From positions 14,136,001 to 14,200,000 of the forward strand of contig CM059446.1 of the NCBI GenBank assembly GCA_030390025.1: a stretch of 64,000 nt of DNA. Direction: 5' to 3'. This document shows, piece by piece, positions 36,251 to 49,388 of the stretch. How positions within the stretch are numbered: the first letter of the stretch is position 1; the number at the start of each line of letters is the position of its first letter. Made by a program: the position numbers and the translations under genes. Origin of the DNA: Squalus acanthias (lineage: Eukaryota). A model generated the notes under the pieces. It had not been told where the DNA came from and made no database searches. It worked only from the letters and a program-made list of their open reading frames with translations.

Positions 36251-38839
36251 CCCTTTCCTGTTTCGACAGGAAGAACCAAAAGAGATGCATGCTCTTTTTG
36301 CAATATTAATACATCTTGGTTATATATTTGCCAAATACATTTTCATCAAGGTCAGAAAAGTTAGAAAGATTTCAAATGTTATTTACATTACTTATGGTGT
36401 ATTTTCTGAACCATTTATAAGATTAACTATGTCAATGAGATATTGGAGCTGTTATAATTGCAGATATAAATACGTGGCTGTGTGTATACTTACACCCTCT
36501 CCCACCCGAGGGCACTGTGGCAGTGAGTCCTTGCAGGCCTCACTGAAAATGCATTTAGCTCATTATAAACTTCCAGCAGCCAGCAATAACTTTAGTTTTT
36601 GTCACAAATGATGAACTACAGTACTATTAATGCAATGAACTATGATTACTGAAAAAAATGGAACTCTGTGCACCAAGTATAGCTCAGCTCTAAAATATTA
36701 GGATCCACTATGTCATTGTACAGGGACGAGAAATATAATGCTGAGCATTCAAAATTATATAATTTATGCTTATTCAAAAATTGCTAGTGATGCTTTTAGT
36801 GTCAGCATTATACTTTTGTTACTTCTCATCACAAAAATGCATTAGATGAGATGTATGCTGAAGACATAGCTACTTCTAAAATCCTCACTGCAATCTCAAA
36901 GACTTCGCACATTTACCAATTAATTCCAGAACAAATATTAGATATTAATTTATTCCTCTTACCTCCTCATTAGCTGTTAGCAGTTAGACTAATGGCAGAA
37001 ATGGAGCATAGCTCCAAAGTAATTTTCAAATCAAATGAGATTTTTTTTCAAATTCCAAAAGTAGCATTTTTAATCTGTAAATGTTCATTTGCGCAGCAAC
37101 TTCATTTAGACATTAAAATGATCTAAATGACAAAAATCCTCTTTTCCATTTCTATTAGAATCAGGCAGTAGCAGAAAACTCAGCCCTGCACTTTTTGACA
37201 GTCAAATTACAGAATAAAATGAAAAATGCCATTAAGCCCATAGGTTAAAAAGTGTCAAGAACACTTTAAAGAGATATCCCATTTAACTTCAATATATGTA
37301 TTAAATGTCACTAATGTGTTATTTATCATGTGTAATCAGACAAAGAAATACAGAGTACTGCTGAAATAAAGTACTCCTGCATTCAGCATCTAACATCTCC
37401 CATGAAATCAATGTTATTAATATAGAATCACAATGATAAAGCTCACTCTTGCTCCAATGCAGATCTTTTCATGATTTAAATTGAGAATGAAGGATTTCCT
37501 GTAGCGAAGTAAAATCCCAAAGTATAGTATCTAAACAGACAAAACCTTGTCATATTATCCATAATTTGACCTTTGTTTAAAGACAAGAGTCCCCGAAACC
37601 TTCAGTAGGGTGAGAATTATTATTGACCTGGCAAACAGTAACCAATTTCATACCAGTTGACTGCAGTGTCAATAGAAATTTTGATTGATGACTACACAGA
37701 AATAAAACCACCATCTTCTATCAGATATTAAGATCACTATTATAAAAAGCTTCAACTGATGTCAACAGCGTCATATTCAAATTACAGCTGAAAAATCTAT
37801 CCAACATATAACACAAGGTAACTGATTTCTTAACAGATATTTACACAGGATGTCAGAGTTAAGCTTGCAAGTTCATTAGCAAATGGTTACAACCCCAAGG
37901 ATAAGAAAGATGTCACATTTAGCTTTTTACTTCACACTATTCTATGAAATTGAAGCAAAAGAAAACTTACAAAATATAATGTTTTCCAATTTGTACATGC
38001 ATATAAATCATTTTTACGATGCAAAAAGGTAATGTGATAGTTGTGGTCTCTACCTGCAGACCTACCTCAAGCCGTCAAAGTCAAAGTAAGATGACCTTTC
38101 AATAGACCAGTCCCTTGTCCTCTACCTTACCCTTCACATCCCTCAATCTAGTACCCAATGCAACCTCTGAAACCTCATGCAAAGGGAACACCCTAATGAG
38201 GAAAGTTCCTAATCCTGTCAACATGTAACCCTATGCATATGCCAAGAACTATACATCAGTATTGGACCTGAGATGTATGTATTTCAAAGCACCGTATAAC
38301 TTTCAAAGCAGCAGATTCTCTCTATTGATTTCCTGAAAAGTACGTAAGTTCTTGTATAACTCAATAATAAAATTTGGAAGAAGATATTTCACAACTAAAT
38401 CTTATAAATATAAAACTGAATTCAAAACTAAATCATGCTAATGAGCAACATAGCTATCAGATTAACAACAAAAAATAAAGGCTCTGAAATTATGCTGTGG
38501 CATACTTTCATACAAATATTTCATGGGAGTCAAATACCTTGCTCTGCTATTTTAGTGGATGCGTTCATCCAATAAAAACATGGGAGCAATAGGGAATTTT
38601 ATGTCATTACTGTATTTCCTAATGTTCTGGAGTCAAGTGTGCATATTTGAGCTGAGTTTCATTCATCAGGAAGGAAAAGACCATCATTACCAGCCAAAAT
38701 TCCTGGGAGTTTTCATGACTCATATATATTAGCAAACTCAATATTGACACAGATTTCCAAATGGTGGTCACCATATAACTCCACACACACACCTTTTACA
38801 TTAATGCTATCATGGTGGTGTGTGTTTCTTTTATACACA

Positions 38840-39130
38840 GCAGGAAGGACCCAGTTTTGATCCCCAATTGGCGCTAAGTTAGTTTATTCTCTGTGGTGCT
38901 GTAATTAGACTCAGCAATCCTGGGTTACGATGGTGAAAAATAGCCATGATTTCCTGCTCCTGATCATCATCCACCAACTCTTGCTGAAAGCATACATGTG
39001 GACAAGATTGGGCTCTGGCTCAGTCAAATAATCTGCCAACACATGAATGTGCACCTGGGTGAGGTACCAGAGTATGACTGGCACCAGTGGAACTGTACCG
39101 TAGCAAGGATTCCAGAGAAGAGAGAAAATT
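38840..39130 (+). mobile_element. LF-SINE-like element
   Basis: GGAAGGACCCAG..GATCCC..GCTAAGTTAG..CCTGCTCCTGATC..GGGTGAGGTACCAGAG. Confidence 0.68.
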
Positions 39131-39749
39131 GGTAGAAAACAGAAAAAGTAACATTTTATGCTGTTCCTTTTTATTTCGGTTATCAGTGGACTAAAAGGAT
39201 GAAAAGTAAAGCAATAAAGCTAATCAAAATGGAGTCTTTTTCATTGCTGAACATTCAAGAACAGAAATGGGTAGGTTCCCAATTCAACACGGAATAAGGA
39301 TTTATGACCCTAATACTGAGACAGAACCAGAAGAAAATGATCCAGGTGGGTCCTGAACATAGACTTAAATAATAGGCAAGCCATTAATCTGAACATCTAG
39401 ATAGCTATTTGTTTCTTTGATGCACTGCTTTAAGTCTGCTTTGTAAGATCTTTTAAATCTAAGCTAATGCTGTATCTGGCCCCAGCATTTCTTTACTGCT
39501 ATTGGAGAGCCTTTTTCTCTTCCCAAAGTTAAAAGAAGAACCTTCTCAAGCTTATTTACTAACTTGTTCTTGCCTCATTTCTCACTCAGCAAAAATTGGG
39601 TCTCACCCATTTTTTACATATTTTCCACCAATTTAAAAAAAAAAGGTTTATGTTCTCATGCGTCCCTTGCATCAGAGTTCAAAGCAAACACTCACAGGCT
39701 ACATGTCAATTACTGTGTAATATTTGCATTCATACATCCATCTTGATGA

Positions 39750-40618
39750 TCAGTACTGGATGAGCAGAAATTTCCTCCAACTAAATATTGGGAAGACCAA
39801 AGCCAATGTCTTCAGTCCCCACCACAAACTCCATTCCCTAGCCACCAACTCCATCCCTCTCCTTGCCAACTGTCTGAGGCTGAACCAGACTGTTCGCAAC
39901 CTTAGTGCCGTATTTGACCCCGAGATGAGCTTCCGACCACATATCAGCGCCATCACCAAGACCGCCTATTCCCACCTCCGTAACATCGCCCGACTCCGCC
40001 TCTGCCTCAGCTCATCTGCTGCTGAAACCCTCATCCATGCCTTTGTTACTGCTAGACTCGACTATTCCAATGCACTCCTGGCTGGCCTCCCACATTCTAC
40101 CCTACGTAAACTTGAGGTCACCCAACACTCTGCTGCCCGTGTCCTAACTCGCACCAAGTCCCATTCACCCATCACGCCTGTGCTCGCTGACCTACACTGA
40201 TTCCCAGTAAAGCAACGCCTCGATTTTAAAATTATCATCCTTGTTTTCAAATCCCTCCATGGCCTCGCCCCTCCCTATTTCTGTAATCTCCTGCAGCTCG
40301 ACAACCCTCCGAGATATCTGCGCTCCTCCAATTCTGGCTCTGGAGCATTCCCATTTTAATCGCTGCACCATTGGAGCTGTGCCTTCAGCTGCCAAGGTCC
40401 TGAGCTCTGGAAATCCCTCCCTAAACCTCTCCGGCTCTCTACTTCTCTGTCCTCCTTTAAGACGCTCCTTAAAACCTACCTCTTCGACCAAGTTTTTGGT
40501 CATCTGCCCTAATATCTCCTTATGTGGCTCGGTGTCAAACTTTGTTTGATAACGCTCATGTGAAGCGCCTTGGGACGTTTTACTTGGTTAAAGGCGCTAT
40601 ATACAAGTTGCTGTTGGT
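39750..40618 (+). mobile_element. L2 LINE ORF2 3' part
   Basis: ORF 39724..40200 reads WMSRNFLQLNIGKT..VRNL..FD..AETLIHAFVTARLDYSNALLAGLP..ITPVLADLH; L2 tail present. Confidence 0.93.
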
Positions 40619-40731
40619 GTTGAAAACTAGGGCCCACTATAGGCACAAGATGAAGGCCATTGTTTTTGGAGCGAGGGGAAGAATATGAATATGGAGTGTT
40701 GTATGTTCAGCTCCACACCAACTGAAACCAT

Positions 40732-41526
40732 GGGGGGAATTTTGCCAGCCCTGGGGAGGCGGGACTGCCGGGAAAATGGTAGAAACTGGGAGCGGGTTCC
40801 GAACCCGCTCCCAACCTGCTTTCGTGCCATCTTCCCGGGAGGCGGGTCCCCGAGTCGCACAGGGATCCGTCTCCTCGAGGCGGGAAGGGGATTACAGCCA
40901 TTTAACTGCCTGTCAACAGGTAGTTAACAGGCAGTTAAGAGGATTATCCCCATTTTTCCCCTGCAAGTGCGGGCTTCCAGACGACTGCGAACCTCGCCAG
41001 GGTCAGCGAGGCGAGCAGTGGGTCTGCGGGGGTGAGAGGGGTCGAAAAGTCCACTGTGGAGGTGAGTGATGGGTGCAAGTATGGAGAGGTAAGTATGAGA
41101 GGTGAGTGTAAAGTGTTAGAAAAAGTCCACCTACCTTTGTTTCTTCCTACAGAATTCAATCGTTGGGGATCCGGAGGTGCCTCATATCAACGGCAGAATG
41201 GCTGATGCATTCTTAGATGCAGCAGCCATCTGATTTCTGCTGAGGAAAGAGGTTTGGTGAGTCTTCAGTACAAGGGCTCACCTTAGAACAGAGATTGTCA
41301 GTGTTTGACAGCTTCTCAAAACTGTCAAATGCTGACAATTCATCTATCAAAAATTTTTGACAGATGAAACGTCATACGCTGACGTCCTCTGTCACCGGCT
41401 TTCCCTTAATTGGCGGGCTTAACAAGGTCAATCAAGGGAAAATAGCGTGGGTTGGCCGGACGTCATTGGGGGCGGGACTAAAACCCGAAAACCAGCAGTC
41501 CCACCCCCAACGACAAAATTCAGCCC
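40732..41526 (+). mobile_element. Harbinger-like MITE family A, complete (795 bp)
   Basis: TIRs GGGGGGAATTTT and AAAATTCAGCCC with a 3-bp TSD CAT on both sides. Confidence 0.88.
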
Positions 41527-43434
41527 CATGGTACAGTCGTTTGTGTGCCATTTTTAGGTGAGAATGAAATGCATGGTCAGAAGTATAAGTTAAATTTTAT
41601 GTGCTATCCTAACCACAGCAAATTCTGTTGTTTAAAAAGACTGACAACATTACTGCCACAACCGCATTTAACTGAATATGAAAAACTTGATGAATAGAGA
41701 AGAAACTTTAAAAAAAGCATTTAGCTTTATTAATTATTTTTTACGTCGACTATAAAATGTCCATCATATATAAAACCATAACCAAAAATCACTCATGACC
41801 ATGAACACACAAAAGGTACATCCAATTACTTTTCAACAGTCAGCTGGCTAAAACTAATTACAGTAAAACGCATGAAGTTTTTAATTCAATATATTCAATT
41901 CCTGTCTCTCTCATTCCTCCCCCATCCCAGAACATGTGTACACCTGTCCTTTTTGTCCTCTCACTGCACAGGAATTTGGCAGTTTCACATCTGACTCTCT
42001 CCCGGTCAACAGGGAGGCCAGTTGAGCTGTCAAACGTGTCTATGGTCCCTGGGTGGAAGCCCCTAATAAACTATCTCCTGCTGCGTTCAAAACGAACAGC
42101 TTCATCCCAATACAATGTGTCTGGATATTTCGCAGGGAGGTCTAACTGGGCTTCCATCGTCTCAGCTGAAGTTAGGCAAGATTCTACAGGCTATCTAGTT
42201 TGGTTTGAATATGTATCCCTCCCTACCTCCCCCTGACTTCTGCCGATAGTGGAAATTTTAACTTGTGACCTAAATTTAACTTAAAAAGTAGCACTTCATA
42301 AAAATCATAGCTCAATCATTCTGTACAAAAATAGATAGAAATCCTGAAATGTGACAGAAGATTTCTAGTTGCTTTCCTTGCTACTGATTCATACTTTTCC
42401 AAACTCTTCTATTCTGATTTGCTACTATTTTACTTAGAGCCCCTTAATAAAGTGCATTGACAACAGTGTGATTCTACCAGAAACTAAAACAAGGCAAAGG
42501 AAGAAGTATTACACAACAGATAGTGCTTGCAAACACAAGCCCTTTAATATATAATGATAAAGATTGAAGGAAAAATATATGTTGCAATCTTGCAAATTTA
42601 AACAGAATGCATCTCACTTCACAGATATATCCATACATGCAGGATGTTTCTATAAAGTGCATTTGTTTGAGTCTGTGAACAGTGATTGTGGAAATATTTG
42701 TAATGTACATCCTGATTTATGTACAGTATCCTTTGTAGTTTAGTTTAGTATGTAATTTGTGCTTTTATTTTATGATTTATTTACATAAAGTCTGCATAAG
42801 AGAACTGAAGTATATTTCTGCCTGGAAAATAAGATACAGCAGCTGGCTTTCAGTCAAAGAAACGGAAAAATGTTTTTCTGCTTTGAACAGTAAAAAGCTT
42901 TCCCAATCAAATTAGCACTACAAAGCTCATTGTACATATCACTTAAAATCACTTTCTAAAAATTTTGTTTCAATGTCAAGAATATTATATTTGTTTTACT
43001 GTCAAAAATGAATTAAGTCCAATGTACAGTACTGACAAACATCAAGAAAAATGACTGGAAAAATTATGCTTTGATGTTATCTGCATTTATGTATTCTCTT
43101 TGCCAATGCTGTGTTAGTCATTCTTCTACATATTTATACTTCCTGTTTGCCTTGATCAAATATGGCAGCACAATTTCTAAAACAGCACTTCTGCTGCTGC
43201 CTAGACACGCAGTACTGACATTGACCTTCGGGTAGGTGCTGATTGGCTGTGAAGCCAACTGGTGCAATTTACATTCCCAGTTTTCAGTAGACATTGCAAA
43301 GTAATGTTGAGAATACATCAGAAAAATCCCTTTAAAGAAAACTCATTATATAAAGAATAAGGCATCCCAGGAATAACAACCTAATTTCTTTTTATTTTGG
43401 GAATGTTCTCAGTCTTTTATGATGGTTTTTCTTT

Positions 43435-44240
43435 TCATTCACGGGATGTGGGCATTGCTAGTAAGGCCAGCATTCTTGAGAAAGTGAGAAGGCTTCTTCT
43501 TCCAAGTGGAGTATTGATTCATCAGCTGAGGAACGGCAGTAGGTGGTGATCTGCAGGAGGTTTCCTTGCCCATGTTTGACCTGATGCCATGAGTCAATGT
43601 TAAGGACACCCAGGGCCACTCCCTCCCGACTGTATACCACTGTGCCGCCACCTCTAGTGGGTCTGTCCTGCCAGTGGGATAGGACATACCAAGGGTTGGT
43701 GATGGGGGAGTCTCGGACATTGGCTGAAGGGTATGATTCTGTGAGTATGGCTATGTCTGTGGGACAGCTCTCCCAATTCTGGCACAAGTCCCCAGATGTT
43801 AGGTGAGAAGGACTTTGCAGGGTCAACTGGGCTGGGTGTGCCTTTGGCATGTCTGAATCCGATGCCTAGGTGGTCCGTCCGGTTTTATTTTTATTATACT
43901 TTGTCGTAGCGGTTTGGTAGAACTGACTGGCTAGGCCATTTCAGAGGGCAGTTCAGAGCAGTTAACTTTGCTGTGGGTCTGAAGTCACATATAGTAAGAT
44001 GGGTAAGATGCCAGATTTCCTTCCCTGAAGGACATTCGTGAACCAGATAGGTTTTTACGACAATCCGGTAGTTACACGGTCACCATTACTGATACTAGCT
44101 TTTTATTCCAGATTTATTTAATTAACTGAATTTAAATTCCATAGCTGCCATGGTGCGATTTGAACTCATGTCTCCAGAACATTAGTCCAGGCCTCTGGAT
44201 TACTAGTCCAGTAACATAACCACTATGCTACTGTACCCTC
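43435..44240 (-). mobile_element. tRNA-SINE-headed, internally deleted LINE (SINE head + APE endonuclease start + 3' tail)
   Basis: Head GGGTACAGTAGCATAGTGG..GAGTTCAAATC at the 44240 end. ORFs 43458..43850 and 43439..43720 give TDIAILTESY..YVLSHWQDRPTRGGGTVVY (APE endonuclease). The tail matches 19144. Confidence 0.75.
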
Positions 44241-44685
44241 TAGAACTGTTGTTCTCATACCATGCTGCATACATGACTCTTCATGACCCCTTCAGTATCT
44301 GTTCTAACCTCTCCTCAATATGTACCGCACTAGCTTCAGGTAGACAACCTATAAGTATTGTCCTGTAAGTATCGTTCTTAAAATACATCTGGCTTTCCAA
44401 TTTCCTGAGCAAAGAATCACCTATGACTACAAGCTCTGTGATCTGCAACCTGCAACCTGCATTTTTGTTCTAGCTGCCCCTCTGGTTTTCTAACTGCCTT
44501 AACTGCTGGGATCTTGTTTCCTTTTGCAGTGCTGGATACTGCCTGGTACATGTTCATTAATATAATCTATTGGGTAGCTTTAAAGGCTTTCCTACCTTCC
44601 CTGTTTCCGATATGAACCTTAATCAATACAATATCCCCATTCCCTTGGTTTCCATCAGCGCTTGTCTCCATATCATGAAAACTAT

Positions 44686-45510
44686 GGGCTGGATTTTGCC
44701 AATGGGGAGCTTTTGGAGGCGGGACTCTCACTTGTCGGGTTTCAACTCCTGGCCAACTCCATCAACTTCTGGCCAACCCACGCTATTTTCCCTTGATTGA
44801 CCTTGTTAAGCCCGTCCAGCGGGCTTAGCAGGCCAATTAAGGGAAAGCTGGTTGCAGAGAACGTCAACGTCTGACGTTTCATCTGTCAAAAATTTTTGAC
44901 AGATGAATTGTCATCATTTGACAGCTCTGTGAAGCTGTCAAACACTGACATTCTCTGTAGTTTGATGAGTTCTTGAATTCAAGACTCATCAAACCTCTTT
45001 CTTTTGCAGAAATTAGATGGTTGTTGCCTTGGAGAATGCAACGGCCATCTGTCATCTCTGCCGCGGAGGTGCGAGACTCTCCGCATACCCAACTCTTGAA
45101 GCCTGCAGGAAGAAACAAAGATAAGTAAACTTTTTCTATCACTTTCCACTTACCTCACATACTCACCTCTCCACACTTACACCCATCACTTACCTTCACA
45201 GCGCACTTTTGCACCCTCCGACCCCCGCAGACCCACTGCTCGCCTCGGTGACCCTGGCGGGGTTCGGAGCCTTCGGGAAGCCCACGCTTGTGTGGGTAAA
45301 ATGGGGATAATCCTGTAATCTGGCTGTTAACAGGCAGATAAGTGGCACTAATCCCCTTCCCGCCTCCAAGGAGACGGGACCGGCGCGGGTCGGCTACCCG
45401 CCTCCTGGCAAGATGGCAGAGAGGTGGGTTGGGGGGCGGGTTGGGCACCCCCCCAAATTCTGCCATTTTCCCGGCAGTCCCGCCTCCCCAGGGCTGGCAA
45501 GATCGCGCCC
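44686..45510 (-). mobile_element. Harbinger-like MITE family A, complete (825 bp), inverted
   Basis: TIRs GGGCTGGATTTTGCC and GGCAAGATCGCGCCC with a 3-bp TSD TAT on both sides; reverse complement of 40732-41526. Confidence 0.88.
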
Positions 45511-46119
45511 TATATTCCTGGTTGTACTGGTCTCCAACTCCAGCCCCTGAAGGTCCACTCTCATGCCAGCCTGGCCATAATACTGACCTATGATGACTCA
45601 CTCACTGAATCTAATCTATTCAATCACCCTTAAACATCCTCTCACTTTAGTCTACTCTTTTAAGTTCCTGTACCTTGCTGTCTCAGGCCATAACTCTTTC
45701 CGTAACATTACAAACTGGTTTGCATCTCTTCATCCCTATACGGTATCTGGCTTTCTCATTTGTGAACATTCCACAGCAAACACATCACATAGTCACTATC
45801 TCATTATACTTCTCTTGGTTGTTCCTCTTTTTTGATAGAATTCTTCCATTCCCTTTAGTTTTACTTTTTTATCTCTGGTATTCCTTTTGATTTTATTTCT
45901 ACCTGGGCCATCTTATAAGGTATCGTATACTTTTAAAATTCCCATGAGTGTTCTTTCATACTTTTAACAAGTGTTCTCTTTGCCTTTGAATTCACTTACA
46001 TTATTTTTTATTATAAATTAACCTGCCTGTGCTGCCCTTTTTTAAAGAGTTCTTTAAGCTGGTGATATCTTTTTAGTTTTTCACTCCCTTTGTTTTACCT
46101 GCTCTTGCTGAAGCTCCAC

Positions 46120-46720
46120 ACCATAACATCATATCCTTTGATATTCCTCTTTTTCAAGGCATCTATCTAATTCCCTTTTAAAAGTATGTGCGGGCTCTGT
46201 TTCAACAATGATTTGTGGCAGAGAATTCCAAATTCTAAAGAACCTCTGCGTAAAGAATTTTTTTCTAGCTTCCCCTATATTTCTTTTTGTGACTGTCTTA
46301 AATTTATGGCCTATCATTACTGAATGTTGCCAACCAGTGGAAACAATCTATTACTATTTACCTTACATCATTCCTTAATATTGAAGGCATCTATCTTAAC
46401 CTTCTCAGTTCTGGTGAAAAGGCCCCAAATTTGTATGGTTTTCTTCATCTGTAAACCCTCATCCCTCGTAACATCCTAATGAATCTAAGCAGCACCTTTC
46501 CCATTGCTTTTATATCCTTTCTATAATAGGGTGCCCAAACCGTTCACAACGCTCCAACTGTAGCATAAGGTTTTACACAAAGTTAACATTACCTCCTTGA
46601 TTTATACCCTATCCCTCCAGGTACAAACCAAGTATTCGGTTTGCCCTTTTTATGGCTTTATATACTTCTGTTGCCACCTTTAAATGACTTGTTTATCTGC
46701 ACACCAAGATTCCTCTGCTA
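46120..46720 (-). mobile_element. CR1 LINE 3' fragment
   Basis: ORF 46129..46317 reads GHKFK..RKKFFTQR..IWNSLP..FKRELD. Confidence 0.85.
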
Positions 46721-47225
46721 GACTTAAAATCCTAATTAATCCAGGAATGTAAAAATAATAGTGAAATTCATGACATCTTAAAAGGAATCCAAAACAAAAT
46801 AAGCTGCCAAGAGCTCGCCATGCAGACTGTAGCAGCTAGCGTGTTCTGTGTCACTGATATGTGATGACCCCACACTGAAGAATTAATGATTGTGAAGTAA
46901 TCACTGCCATTTTATCAATATATAATTTGCAGCTGATTGGTGGGAAATAACATGGCCAATATATATTTCACTCTCAGCGTACTAATAACATTTTATTACA
47001 TGACACCCAGGCAGTTATCCAGTTCTAACTTGAATGGATGCTTCTTAGATAATTATTTTCACTCTCCCAACCCCCAAATAAAGCTGATATTTTTATTGAT
47101 ATGCAAAAGGTATTTAAAATAGCAACACATAGAACCAATGCTTGTTATATACATTTACTCTTTCCCCCTCCCCCAGTTACAGTAGCTCAACAGCACTGCC
47201 ATTTTTTGAACAATGTCGTCACAAG

Positions 47226-48036
47226 GGGCTGGATTTTACCAGCCCTGAGGAGGCGGGACTGCTGGGAAAAATTGGGAGCGGCTCCCAATCCGCCTCCGTA
47301 CCATCTTCCCAGGAGGCGATTCCCGACTCGCGCAGGTTCCCGTCTCCTAGCGGCGGGCAAAGGATTAGAGCCAATTAACAGCCTGTTAAGAGGTAGTTAA
47401 GAGGCTTTTCACCATTTTCCGCCTGCTGATGCGGCCTTCCCAACGGCGGGAAACCCCGCCAGGGTCAGCGAGGCGAGCTGTGGGTCTGCTGCAGTGTAAG
47501 TGTGCAAATGACAGCTGCAGAGGTAGTGTGATGGGTGCAATGGTGCACAGGTAAGTATGACAGGTGAGAGAATGTAGCGAGAATATTTTTATTCTGTTTA
47601 TATGTATCTGCAGGTGACAAGATTTGATGTTTCTGTGAAGCCTCATCTGATCGGGAGAATTGACAGATGGCTTCTGCAATCTCACATGCAGCTGCCATCT
47701 GTTTTCTCCTAAGGAGAGAGTTTTGGTGAGCCTGGGAGCAAGGGCTTACCTTTGGACAGTGATTGTCAGTGTTTGACAGCACCTCAATGCTGTCAAACAC
47801 TGACAATTCATCTGTCAAAAAATTATGGGGCCTGTCCCTTTAACAAAACCGGCAGATGAAGCGTCATACACTGACGTCATCTGACACTGGCTTTCCCTTA
47901 ATTGGCCGGCAAGCCTGCAGGGCGGGCTTAACAAGGCCAATCATGGGAAAATAGCTTCAGGTCATCAGGGGCGGGACCGAAACCCGAAAACCAGCAGTCC
48001 CGCCCCCAACGCGCCTCCTCAGGTAAGATTGCGGCC
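47226..48036 (+). mobile_element. Harbinger-like MITE family A, variant
   Basis: TIRs GGGCTGGATTTTACC and GGTAAGATTGCGGCC; colinear with 40732-41526; TSD not preserved. Confidence 0.85.
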
Positions 48037-48057
48037 TAAATTTATGTAGCAGTTATA

Positions 48058-48362
48058 TTGTTTCCAGTGGCAGAAGGGTCGGTAACCAGAGGACACAGAT
48101 TTAAGGTAATTGGCAAAAGAACCAGAGGCACCATGAGGAGTGAGTTTTTATGCTCTGGAATGCACTCCCTGAAAGGGTGGTGGAAGCAGATCCAATAATA
48201 ATTTTCAGTAGAAAATTGGATAAATACTTGAAGAGGGAACATTTGCAGAGGTATGGGGAAAGAGCAGGGAAGTGGGACTAATTCGACAGCTCTTTAAAGA
48301 GCCGGCACAGGCACGATGGGCCAAATAGACTCCTTCTGTGTTGTAACATTCAATGATTCTAT
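48058..48362 (+). mobile_element. CR1 LINE 3' end
   Basis: TTTCCAGTGGCAGAAGGGTCGGTAACCAGAGGACACAGATTTAAGG..TGGAATGCACT..; ATTCTATG tail. Confidence 0.85.
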
Positions 48363-49388
48363 GGTTGTCTCTTAAGTTCCAGGTCAAATTTCATCATTTA
48401 CTTTATGTTGTTAGCTCCATGCCTGTTGCTTCTGCTCCTTGTGTTAATAGAAGCTTCCAAGTTAAAATAAATTATTTTTCTCTCTGTTGCATCTTTTTTC
48501 CCCACTAGAATATATTGCCAGTTCAGAGTTCGGGACCTAGGTTACCCAAAATCTACTAGTCCAGAGTAGAACATCAGTGGACCAGAAGAAAGCAGAAAAT
48601 AAAAGATCACTGAGTCTTCAGTTATTTTTCATTTTCATCCTGCAGGTTTACCTTTACTATATTATATTTTACTATATTATATATTTTCTTTCTATCTTTT
48701 TAACAATTTATTGCACTCTAGTTTCCTTTCTGCTTTCATATTTTTGATTTCTTTTTGTTTTTCTCAATATATTTTTTGGATCCAGTCCTGGGAAACTGGA
48801 TCAATTTTGACACCCTGCGGCAGCATTAAGCACCCCAAGTCAAGTGCAGCACAGCGAGCTGGAGAGTAAAATCCCCTCTGTTCTGTCCTAGGTGCATTAA
48901 CGTCCAACCTCGGAAGATCCTTTTCTAACGCACAAGTGTCAGTTTTTCCATTTGTGTGAGACTAACAATTTGGTGTCAATTTGAGAAATGGATCCATGTC
49001 CAGTATGAACTGGATTGACATTGGCCAAACTTATGGACCCTTGCAGTCAGCAGATGAGGTGTTCACTCATCCATCTGGACTAGATTCAAACTCATGTTCC
49101 AGAGGTGGAAAACTACTATTGTGACATACTGCATTAGCCAACATCATACATCTTTCTTTCTGTCTATTGTTTATTTTAAATGTTCTAATTAAAACTCCTT
49201 CCTGCTTGCTTTTCACTTCAAGGGTATCTGGTGGGATAAATTTAGTTTGGCAATGACAAATTTAAATATGGATTAAGGACAGTATTGTGCTACTATATTT
49301 GATTTCTGGCTCTAGATGCTATGAATGAGCAATTTCAGTAGATCTACTGGTGAGAACCGAGTGCAACAGGAGTGCAATATAATACATT

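Noticed and set aside
48650-48688. Short tandem duplication TTTACTATATTATATTT x2 (also AAGAGACATT repeats near 63803)
   Set aside because: Ordinary replication slippage.
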